Source of the DNA: Terracidiphilus sp.
GTDB taxonomy: Bacteria > Acidobacteriota > Terriglobia > Terriglobales > Acidobacteriaceae
Assembly: GCA_017883405.1 (NCBI GenBank)
Contig: JADGNO010000163.1
Location: 24,524 to 88,523 of the forward strand
Length of the DNA stretch: 64,000 nt
Reading direction: 5' to 3'
Under the pieces are notes generated by a model. The model did no database searches. It was not told where the DNA came from and saw only the letters and a list, made by a program, of their open reading frames with translations. Positions 28,525 to 36,708 of this stretch are shown here, in pieces. The position numbers were made by a program, and so were the translations under genes. Numbering within the stretch: position 1 is the stretch's first letter; every line of letters starts with the position of its first letter.

Positions 28525-29232
28525 TTAGGACATCGTGTTCACTTCAGCGTTGTCGAGCGCGAACTTCACGATTGCGTCGATGTGAAGGGTGGCGCAGTCG
28601 ACAATCGGGAAATCTGTATTCGATTCGTTGAAAAGCAACGTGAGATCCGTGCCCGCCAGGATGATGGCATCCACGTGATCGCGACTCAAGAGAGTTTGCG
28701 CAATCGACGTAAGTTGAGCGTGTGCTCTCGGTGTTGCGTGGTGCGTCTCGGCCAGGTCCACGTAGTTAGTGTTGATCAGGTCCAACTCGGCCGGCCGGGG
28801 ACGAACGAATTCCACGCCTGCAAGCAAACCGTAGAGATCCGACTCCATGACATACCGCGTGCCGAATACCGCGACTTTGCTGATTGAGCGGGAAGCGAGT
28901 GACTCCGCGAGCGGGCCAACAATGGTGTGAACAGGCAACGGTGAGATGGAGTCAAGCTCGTGGATGCAATAAAGCGGAGTTACGGCAGGAATGACGGCGA
29001 GCTCGGCCCCGGCTGCAGCCAGCCTTTGCACGAAACTGAGTAGATATGCAGCCATGCCTGCACGATCACCCGCAGCGGCAAATCGAAAGATTGCGGAGGT
29101 TTCAGCGTGCGCCATGACGAGGTCGAGGCTGGCGCCTTGCTTTTCGTGGGCGTCGAAAAGCCTGGTGTAGTAGTCCACAGCGGCTCCCACGCCAAGGCCG
29201 CCGATGAGACCAATACAACGTCCTTTTTGCAT
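28525..29232 (-). CDS. Aspartate/glutamate racemase family protein
   Basis: IGLIGGLG..A..DYY, AVIPAVTP, VAVFGT, IILAGTDL. Confidence 0.85.
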   Translation of the reverse strand: MQKGRCIGLIGGLGVGAAVDYYTRLFDAHEKQGASLDLVMAHAETSAIFRFAAAGDRAGMAAYLLSFVQRLAAAGAELAVIPAVTPLYCIHELDSISPLPVHTIVGPLAESLASRSISKVAVFGTRYVMESDLYGLLAGVEFVRPRPAELDLINTNYVDLAETHHATPRAHAQLTSIAQTLLSRDHVDAIILAGTDLTLLFNESNTDFPIVDCATLHIDAIVKFALDNAEVNTMS

Positions 29233-29355
29233 GCCAAAGTATAGCGCCGGTGTTGAGCAGATTTCGCGGAATGCATCATAACGCAGGAACGCGAGTAAAA
29301 GATTCGATCGGATGTTCAAGAGGCGCGGAGGCCGATCCTTTAAACTGGCTTGGTT

Positions 29356-30099
29356 ATGCCTCGCTCTATAAAGCCCACTCCCCCAGCTGCTCTGCCCTAC
29401 TTCCGTCCTGAAGCAATTACATTCCTCCGCAACCTGGCTCGCCACAATGATCGCGAGTGGTTTCAGCCACGCAAGGCGCAGTTTGAAGCCGAACTGAAGG
29501 AACCCATGCTGGCCGTCGTTCGCAAAGTGACGGAAGCCATGCTCGACTTTGCTCCTGCCTTCGTGCGTCCTGCTGAGAAATGCCTGTTCCGCATTTATCG
29601 CGACACACGCTTCAGCAACGACAAGCGGCCCTACAAATCGCATGTGGCCGCGTGGTGGTCGCACCAGGGGCTTGAGAAGACCTCCGGCGCCGGCTACTAC
29701 TTCCACATCAGCCCCAAAGAAGTGATCATCGCCGCCGGCGCCTACATGCCGGAGAAGGATCAGCTCTCGCAGATCCGCCATTGGCTGCTGGATCACCACG
29801 CCGAGTTCCGCAAACTTCTCGAGAAGCCTACGGTCCAAAAGCACTTTGTTGAGTTTGAAGGAAACCCGTTGACTCGCCCGCCAAAAGGCTTTCCCAGCGA
29901 ACATCCGGGTATGGACCTGATCCGCTGCCGCCAATGGGGACTGGCCGCCACGCTACCCTCGGCAACCGCTCTTAAAAAGGATTTTGCAGCGACGCTGATC
30001 AAGTATTTCAAGGTGGCCGCGCCCATTGTGGACGCTTTGAATACGCCGATCGCAGCCGCGCAGGCTCCCAAAAAACGAGTCCTTTTCGGGCTGAAATAA
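29356..30099 (+). CDS. DUF2461 family protein
   Basis: FLRNLARHNDREWF, FRIYRDTRFSNDKRPYK, GYYFHI, LTRPPKGF. Confidence 0.88.
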   Translation: MPRSIKPTPPAALPYFRPEAITFLRNLARHNDREWFQPRKAQFEAELKEPMLAVVRKVTEAMLDFAPAFVRPAEKCLFRIYRDTRFSNDKRPYKSHVAAWWSHQGLEKTSGAGYYFHISPKEVIIAAGAYMPEKDQLSQIRHWLLDHHAEFRKLLEKPTVQKHFVEFEGNPLTRPPKGFPSEHPGMDLIRCRQWGLAATLPSATALKKDFAATLIKYFKVAAPIVDALNTPIAAAQAPKKRVLFGLK

Positions 30100-30151
30100 C
30101 CGGTATTCGCATTGCGCGCCAGAGCAGCTGCTCTGGTGCGTAATGCTGGCG

Positions 30152-30280
30152 TTTACAGGGCAAATCCGGCTGAAAACCGATAAAACCCGCTTAAAATGGG
30201 CGTTTTCGGGAGAAACCCGCTAAAAACCTGTGGAAATCGGCGTTTTCCCATTGACTTTGGCTGCCACAAAGCCGCATTGT
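30152..30280 (+). promoter_or_regulatory. HU promoter with upstream phased A-tracts
   Basis: Ten A/T tracts at ~10 bp period, then TTGACT (30251)-18 nt-CATTGT. Confidence 0.55.
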
Positions 30281-30432
30281 AACCATCGGCAGGGTTCTTC
30301 GAAGCCGCATGAATACAGGGTTTTCGTGCACATTGAGTAAGCGCTCGCTCCCCCTTCATGCGGTACGCATCTCGCGGCGGAAGCCCGTCAACAACGGCAG
30401 CCCGAAGGGCTCGCCAACAGAAGGAGAATCAC

Positions 30433-30729
30433 ATGGCAACTGGTTTGACTAAGACCGCACTTACACGGCAATTGGCCGAAAAGCTCGAAATCACCAACAA
30501 GCAGTCGGCAGCCTTCCTTGACCTGCTCGCCGAGACCGCCATCAAGGAAACGAAGAAGAATGGCGTGTTCGTCATCCCCGGAATCGGCCGTCTGGTAAAG
30601 GCCGAGCGCAAAGCCCGCATGGGCCGCAACCCGCAAACCGGCCAAGCCATCAAGATCAAGGCGAAGACCGTGGTCAAGTTCCGCGTGGCCAAGTCCGCCA
30701 AGGACACCATCGCTCCGCCAAAGAAGTAG
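30433..30729 (+). CDS. hup: HU family DNA-binding protein
   Basis: RKARMGRNPQTG..IKIKAK..VKF; RBS AAGGAG. Confidence 0.95.
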   Translation: MATGLTKTALTRQLAEKLEITNKQSAAFLDLLAETAIKETKKNGVFVIPGIGRLVKAERKARMGRNPQTGQAIKIKAKTVVKFRVAKSAKDTIAPPKK

Positions 30730-30745
30730 TTCGCAGGCAACAGGC

Positions 30746-30776
30746 AAGGGGGGAGCCCGCACGGGTTCCTCCTTTT
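30746..30776 (+). terminator. Intrinsic terminator after HU
   Basis: AAGGGGGGAGCCCG-CA-CGGGTTCCTCCTTTT. Confidence 0.75.
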
Positions 30777-30843
30777 CGCCATTAGAGCTAAATTACGGTC
30801 GAATATTTTGCACTCCTGTGACGCCCGCGGTCATCTATGAAAC

Positions 30844-31278
30844 ATGTCCACGGCTTCCCCGAGCGCTCAATTGCTCCCACCTCCGCGTGGTTCGTCGCTT
30901 CTGCTGCTGTTGCGGCTTGAAGGGCTGATGGTTGCCGCGGTAACGGCAGTTGCGTATACGCGCACTGGCGCAAGCTGGTGGCTGTTCGCGGCTTTGTGGC
31001 TGGCGCCGGACCTCTCCCTGCTGGGCTACCTCGGCAGGCCATGCCGCGCCGCGCGCATCTACAACGTCTTCCACAGCTATTTCGTTCCGGGAGTGCTGGG
31101 CCTGAGCGCTTTCCTGCTGCACGCGCACAATCTGCTGCCGGTGGCGCTCATCTGGGCAAATCACATTGGAGTAGATCGGCTGCTGGGCTACGGGCTGAAG
31201 TATGGCGCCGGGTTTGGCTGGACGCACCTTGGCCGTATCGGCGCCGCCAAACGCGATGCAATTACTGCGGGTCTGTGA
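30844..31278 (+). CDS. DUF4260 family membrane protein
   Basis: LLRLEG, PDLSLLGY, YN..HSY, HIGVDRLLGYGLKY..GF..THLG. Confidence 0.88.
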   Translation: MSTASPSAQLLPPPRGSSLLLLLRLEGLMVAAVTAVAYTRTGASWWLFAALWLAPDLSLLGYLGRPCRAARIYNVFHSYFVPGVLGLSAFLLHAHNLLPVALIWANHIGVDRLLGYGLKYGAGFGWTHLGRIGAAKRDAITAGL

Positions 31279-32128
31279 CCGCGTGACGTCGTGGCATAAC
31301 CGCCCAGACAACCAGCGCCGCTCCAAAGCCGATGAGTACCGCACGCTCGGCTGAGAGATGAACAAGCCCCCACGACGCGCCGGTTACTGCAATAAAGACA
31401 ATGGTCGGAATCGGTGACTTCATCAGCCCGCGCACGATAAGCGAAACAATAAAGCTGATGAGAATTCCCTCGAGGGCTGCGATGTTGTCATAGGTCCACG
31501 GCACAGTGGCCATGGTGATCAGCGATCCAACTGCCGTCGTTTCCGCAAGAATCGCGGTGATCCATCTTGGGTGCGCCTCAACTGCGGGAATGCCGGCCCG
31601 AATTCGAGGCACGAGGCGCGGTACTGCCCGCAAATATTCCTGATAAGGCTCGCCAAGTTGTGCAACAAGAAATGCTTCTTCGCCAAGAATGAGCCGCAGA
31701 TAAAAGAACGCTACCAGCACCACCATAAACAGAGCGCCGCTCGGCGTAATCAGCAGCGAGATCGCCGCCATCATGAACCATCCACCCAGGTAGAGCGGAT
31801 TGCGCATGTACCGGTACGGTCCTGCGGCCATCACACCGCCGGCTTGCATATTCTCATGATGCACAACGTCGTAACCCAGGTAGGCCGCGCCCCACACGCG
31901 TAGAACGGCGCCTATCGCCGCAAGAATGATACCGAAGATGATGACGACGGGTACGGCGACAGCGAAGGTCACAATGCCGCTACGGCCGATTTGAAGCGCC
32001 AGCCACTCCAGCGTGGACATGCGAAGCTTGATGTCCCACGGCTGCACCCACGGCGCCCACATGGCGACAGAAACGATGACGATCTGGATCATCATCCGCA
32101 GACGAAATTCGATGGCAGAGGCTTTCAC
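31262..32128 (-). CDS. Isoprenylcysteine carboxyl methyltransferase/PEMT family membrane protein
   Basis: GPYRYMRNPLYLG, EEAFL...GEPY.EY...VPR. Confidence 0.85.
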   Translation of the reverse strand: MKASAIEFRLRMMIQIVIVSVAMWAPWVQPWDIKLRMSTLEWLALQIGRSGIVTFAVAVPVVIIFGIILAAIGAVLRVWGAAYLGYDVVHHENMQAGGVMAAGPYRYMRNPLYLGGWFMMAAISLLITPSGALFMVVLVAFFYLRLILGEEAFLVAQLGEPYQEYLRAVPRLVPRIRAGIPAVEAHPRWITAILAETTAVGSLITMATVPWTYDNIAALEGILISFIVSLIVRGLMKSPIPTIVFIAVTGASWGLVHLSAERAVLIGFGAALVVWAVMPRRHAVTDPQ

Positions 32129-32206
32129 TTGAGAATTCCCTTTTTGCGGAGTGTAGCATTTGCCCCGCCCGAGATTAGGCGGTCAGCACGATTTGCGATG
32201 CTTCTC

Positions 32207-34876
32207 TTACTCTGTGCGCAGGGCGATCATAGGATCGGTCTTCATAGCGCGGATCGCCGGCAGAAGCGTAGCACAGCCTCCCACAAGTGCGAGCAGTGCG
32301 GTGACCACCGCGTAGCTCAGCGGTTCGTGCGCGCTCACATGGAAGAGGAGTTTCTGCAGCAGGCTTGCAAGAAGCAGCGAAACGGCCAGCCCGATCGCAC
32401 CACCAACGAGGAGCAGGCGGAGACCTTCGGCAGTAATAAGGCGAAGGATATTTGCTCGCGTCGCGCCGAGTGCCATCCGCACACCTATCTCCTTCGTACG
32501 CTGCGCGGCAATGTATGCAATGACGCCATAGAGCCCGATCACCGATAACAGCAGACCGGAAAACGCAAAGAAGCCTACCAGCGCGGCTTCAAATCGCGGG
32601 CGGTCGGCAAGCCTGTTTACCTCCTGCCTCATGGGCACAACCTCCACAGGAGCCGTAGAGTCCATACGTGCGATCTGCGCGCGGATCCATGGTGCCACGG
32701 TGGACACAGGCAGTTCAGTGCTCAACACCAGTTCGTTGCGATTACTCCAGTCTTCGGGGCGATTGCGACGAAGTGTGTAAAACTCCGGATCGTCTTCTCC
32801 GCTTAGACCAGCGTTCTTTACGTCGCCTGCAACACCCACAACCGTGTAGACCGGGCCGTTCAGCACAAAGTAAGGCATGTAGCTGGCAATCTGGATGTGC
32901 TGACCGATCGGGTTCTCTTGCGGGAACATCCGCGCAGCAAGCGAGCGGCTGAGGATGAGTTGAGCGCCGGACTGACTGCGGTCTTCCTCGACGAAGGAGT
33001 GCCCTCGTTCCAAGGGAATGCCGAGCGCGGCGAAATAGCCGGGGGTTACGCGGCGTACTCCAACTTTGCCGCCAACACCTGCCGGCGTGCGCGGTTTGCC
33101 GCTGACCACCAGATCGGGATAGCGCATCATGTCACGCCAGCTGTCGCCATCGGGGGGAACGGAGTCGCTGACAGCAACCGCGCTGACGCCAGGCAGGGCA
33201 CGCAGGGCCGACTCAGCCTGAAGGAAAAAAGTCATGTAGGCTTCGTTGGAAGCGTAGCGGGCACGCGTGAGCGAGACATGCACGACGAACGAACCTCCCG
33301 CATCCATCCCCAGTCCCTGTTTTTGCAAATTGCGGAAGCTTTCAACGAGGAGGAGGGCGCTGGAAAGCAGGATGACACAGACGGCGATCTGTGCGACCAC
33401 AAGAGCGCGCCGGAATCCGGTTTGCGCGCTGGAGCAAGTGGCACGTGCATTGGGCACAGGCGAGCGTGGATTCTGCAACGTCGGCAGGATGCCACAGGCT
33501 CCGGTACACCCAATGGTGAGTAGCGCGGCGAAGCACAGAATGCGCAGGTCAAGATGCGCATTACTGAGAAACAGCACTCCCGTGGGCGCTATGGCCACAA
33601 AGATGTGAAGAAGTCCCAATGCAAGCAAGCATCCTGAAACAGCTCCCATGGCCGCAAGCAGGCCGGCATCAACAAGGGCCTGTCCCATGAGTCGCCTGCG
33701 GCTCGCACCAAGCGCCATCCGCACCGTAAGCTCACCTTCGCGCGCTCTGCCACGCACTGCGAGTAGGCCGGCGACATTGGCGCATGAAATTACCAGGACT
33801 GCAAAGACAGCCGCAAGCAACAACCATGCAGCACGATATTGGTCTTGCATCTGCCTGTCTCGAAGTGATCGTACGCTAAGGTGAAACTCTTTGCGAAACT
33901 GTGCCGGAATGACGCTCTGCATCTGTGCGAACAACGGCTGCATTTGCTCGCGCGCTTGCTCGACGGTTACACCAGGCTTCAGACGTGCGAAGGCCCACAG
34001 CGGCACACCGAGACCAGCATTCTCCGCGTGCTGATGCGCGAAATCTACTCTTGCTGGCAGTACCATGTCGGCATGCTGTAGCCGCGGCATTTCGAAGTCC
34101 TGCGGCAGAACGCCAACGATCTTCATCGAGCGGCCGTCTATCGCGACGGTTTTGTCGAGGATGCGTTGATCGCGGTTGTAGCGCTCACGCCAGAGCGCGT
34201 ACGAGATCAACACGGCAGGCGGACCGTTGGGCTGGTCTTCTTCTTGCGTGAATTCGCGGCCCAGTACCGGGGCGATGCCGAAGGTCGAAAAGAAATTGGA
34301 GGCAACGCTTGCGCACTGCATTTGGACGGGATTCTGCTCCGTAATGGCGCACTCGTTAACTCCGCGCTCGTAGGTCACGGAGTCGAACGGCCTCTGATGT
34401 GCTCGCCAGTCGAAAAAGAAGAACCCAAGCGTGAATTCCCGGGGCTCCAATGGCTGCGAAAGTCCGAAAGAGACAAGTCGGTCACCGTGAGCATACGGCA
34501 GGCTGCGAAAGAGGATTGGATCGACCACGCTGAAGACCGCGGTCGTGGTGCCGATGCCGAGCGCGAGCGTAGCGATCGCCGTACAGGTGAACATGGGGTT
34601 ACGGCGGAAGCCACGCAACGCATAGCGCAAGTCGAGCAGCAGATTCTCGACCAATGGCAACGTACGCTGCTCCCGTTGACGTTGTCGCGCTTGCTCCGCG
34701 CTACCCATGCGTATCAGGGCTTGTCTGCGAGCCTCCGCCGCACTAAGGCCGGCACGCATGCCTTCCTCCACGTCCATCTCGATGTGCGATTCAAGCTCTG
34801 CTGCAAAATCGTCTTCCGAACGCTGCGCTCGCAACAAACCAATCAACCTCATGAAGAGTGCTCGGAGTTTTCGCAT
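32207..34876 (-). CDS. ADOP-type duplicated MacB/FtsX ABC permease
   Basis: ELESHIEM, DLRYALR, LALGIG, two FtsX halves (CANVAGLL; GLYGVIAY..QRTKEIGVRMALGA), A..DP..ALRTE; coupled to PadR stop. Confidence 0.92.
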   Translation of the reverse strand: MRKLRALFMRLIGLLRAQRSEDDFAAELESHIEMDVEEGMRAGLSAAEARRQALIRMGSAEQARQRQREQRTLPLVENLLLDLRYALRGFRRNPMFTCTAIATLALGIGTTTAVFSVVDPILFRSLPYAHGDRLVSFGLSQPLEPREFTLGFFFFDWRAHQRPFDSVTYERGVNECAITEQNPVQMQCASVASNFFSTFGIAPVLGREFTQEEDQPNGPPAVLISYALWRERYNRDQRILDKTVAIDGRSMKIVGVLPQDFEMPRLQHADMVLPARVDFAHQHAENAGLGVPLWAFARLKPGVTVEQAREQMQPLFAQMQSVIPAQFRKEFHLSVRSLRDRQMQDQYRAAWLLLAAVFAVLVISCANVAGLLAVRGRAREGELTVRMALGASRRRLMGQALVDAGLLAAMGAVSGCLLALGLLHIFVAIAPTGVLFLSNAHLDLRILCFAALLTIGCTGACGILPTLQNPRSPVPNARATCSSAQTGFRRALVVAQIAVCVILLSSALLLVESFRNLQKQGLGMDAGGSFVVHVSLTRARYASNEAYMTFFLQAESALRALPGVSAVAVSDSVPPDGDSWRDMMRYPDLVVSGKPRTPAGVGGKVGVRRVTPGYFAALGIPLERGHSFVEEDRSQSGAQLILSRSLAARMFPQENPIGQHIQIASYMPYFVLNGPVYTVVGVAGDVKNAGLSGEDDPEFYTLRRNRPEDWSNRNELVLSTELPVSTVAPWIRAQIARMDSTAPVEVVPMRQEVNRLADRPRFEAALVGFFAFSGLLLSVIGLYGVIAYIAAQRTKEIGVRMALGATRANILRLITAEGLRLLLVGGAIGLAVSLLLASLLQKLLFHVSAHEPLSYAVVTALLALVGGCATLLPAIRAMKTDPMIALRTE

Positions 34877-35217
34877 CACGCCTCCTCGGCCGGTGCAAGA
34901 AACCGCGCCAGAATCTCGGTTGTCTTCTCCCACTCTGCCGCAGCTTTGCGCACTCGGGCCTGGCCCGCCCTGGTCAACTCATAGAACTTCGCCTTGCGGT
35001 TGTTTTCAGAGGTACCCCAACGCGAGCGAACGAAGCCTTCCTGCTCCAGCTTGAGAAGCGCCGGGTAAAGCGTGCCATAGTTGAGTTGCAAGCGGTCACC
35101 GCTGATCTGTTCAATCCGGCGTGCAAGACCATAACCGTGCATCGACCCCATGGATTCAAGCGTCCGCAAAACCATCAGCGCCAATGTTCCCTGCCAGACA
35201 TCGGTCTTCTCAGGCAT
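34876..35217 (-). CDS. PadR family transcriptional regulator (acidobacterial type)
   Basis: QGTLALMVL, HGYGLARRI, GTLYPAL, SENNRKAKFY.LT..G. Confidence 0.93.
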   Translation of the reverse strand: MPEKTDVWQGTLALMVLRTLESMGSMHGYGLARRIEQISGDRLQLNYGTLYPALLKLEQEGFVRSRWGTSENNRKAKFYELTRAGQARVRKAAAEWEKTTEILARFLAPAEEA

Positions 35218-35224
35218 TTCGCCT

Positions 35225-35282
35225 CTCCTATTGCAAAACAATAGGAGCACTCTAAACCCGCCTCCTATGGGAATGCAATAGA
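35225..35282. promoter_or_regulatory. Tandem PadR operator-like palindromes
   Basis: CTCCTATTG-CAAAA-CAATAGGAG (35225-35247) and degenerate CTCCTATGG-GAATG-CAATAGA (35262-35282), directly upstream of padR. Confidence 0.7.
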
Positions 35283-35378
35283 AAACTTCTCTCACGGCCC
35301 AACATACTCTCTGGGTCAAAAAGAAAACGCGGCGCTGCTGTGGTAGGCTGCGCATAAAGTACCTTGAGGTTTGCTCGT

Positions 35379-36707
35379 ATGCGCATTCGCTTTTCCCCGC
35401 TCGCTGTCCTTGCCATCTCGTTACCGCTTGCCGCGCAAGCGCCGGCAAATCTCGCCGACACGGTGAAGCAGCAACTCCCCGCACTCACCGAAACGTACAA
35501 GCAACTGCATCGCAGCCCGGAGCTTTCGCGTTACGAAGAGCAGACATCGGCATTTCTTGCGGGCGAGTTGCGGAAGCTTGGCTACACGGTGAACGAGCAT
35601 GTGGGCAAATACGAAGATGGCGCGCAGGCTTTCGGCGTGGTTGCCGTGCTGGTGAATGGCGCAGGGCCGCGCGTGCTGATCCGTACCGATATGGACGCGC
35701 TGCCAGTGGACGAAAAGACAGGAGTGGATTACGCGAGCACCGTAAAGACAAAGGACGCGCAGGGCCAACAGGTAAGCGTGATGCATGCCTGCGGTCACGA
35801 TCTGCATATGACGGTGCTGCTGGGCACCGCGCGCGAACTGGCGGCGCGCAAGAGCCAGTGGCACGGAACCGTTGTGCTGATCGGTCAACCCGCAGAGGAG
35901 GTGGTTCAGGGCGCCGCCGCTATGCTTGCCGATCATTTGTATGAGCGCTTCGGACGCCCCGATTACATACTCGCGGAGCACGATACCAACGATGTCGTGG
36001 CAGGTTCCATTGCCATCAAGGGCGGCCCGTTGATGGCTAGTGCAACAACTTTGAACGTGACCATGCGCGGAATTGGCGGACACGGATCGAGACCTGAAGC
36101 GGGTAAGGATCCGATTGTGCTTGCTGCCGAGTTTGTTCTTGTGGCTCAAACTATCGTGAGCCGCCAGGTTGATCCGCAGCAACCAGCAGTGCTGACCGTG
36201 GGCACCATCCACGGCGGAACAAAGAACAACATTATTCCCGATGAAGTGACGATGGGCCTGACGCTGCGCACGTACTCGACGACTGTGCGCGACAGAATTG
36301 TTGAAGACGTGCGCCGCACCGCAAAAGGACTTGCCGTTGCCTACGGCATTCCCGAAGACCTTATGCCGATCGTCTCTCTTACCGAGGGCGCACCGGTGAC
36401 TTACAACAACCCCGCGCTTGCCGAACGCGTGCGCGCTGCAGCAGTAAAGGCGCTCGGCGCAAGTCGCGTAGACGAAGCAAAGTCAGTAATGGGGAGTGAA
36501 GACGTAGGCATATTCACTCTGGATGGCAAGATTCCCGGAGTGATGTATTGGCTGGGCGCCGCCGATCGAGCAAAGTTCGAAGAGAGCCAGAAAACGGGAG
36601 TGCCACTGCCTAGCTTTCACTCAGCGTTGTTTGCTCCGGTGTATTCTGAAGCAATTCCGGCAGGCGTAACGGCGATGACAGCCATGGCGCTTGATCTGCT
36701 GAAGTGA
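35379..36707 (+). CDS. Secreted M20 family amidohydrolase
   Basis: Signal peptide; LH..PELS, RTDMDALP, MHACGHD, QPAEE, GSED. Confidence 0.9.
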   Translation: MRIRFSPLAVLAISLPLAAQAPANLADTVKQQLPALTETYKQLHRSPELSRYEEQTSAFLAGELRKLGYTVNEHVGKYEDGAQAFGVVAVLVNGAGPRVLIRTDMDALPVDEKTGVDYASTVKTKDAQGQQVSVMHACGHDLHMTVLLGTARELAARKSQWHGTVVLIGQPAEEVVQGAAAMLADHLYERFGRPDYILAEHDTNDVVAGSIAIKGGPLMASATTLNVTMRGIGGHGSRPEAGKDPIVLAAEFVLVAQTIVSRQVDPQQPAVLTVGTIHGGTKNNIIPDEVTMGLTLRTYSTTVRDRIVEDVRRTAKGLAVAYGIPEDLMPIVSLTEGAPVTYNNPALAERVRAAAVKALGASRVDEAKSVMGSEDVGIFTLDGKIPGVMYWLGAADRAKFEESQKTGVPLPSFHSALFAPVYSEAIPAGVTAMTAMALDLLK

Positions 36708-36708
36708 G

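Noticed and set aside
28525-29934. 469-aa ORF suggesting a racemase with a long N-terminal fusion
   Set aside because: The N-terminal part is the antisense shadow of the DUF2461 gene; the racemase fold starts at ATG 29232
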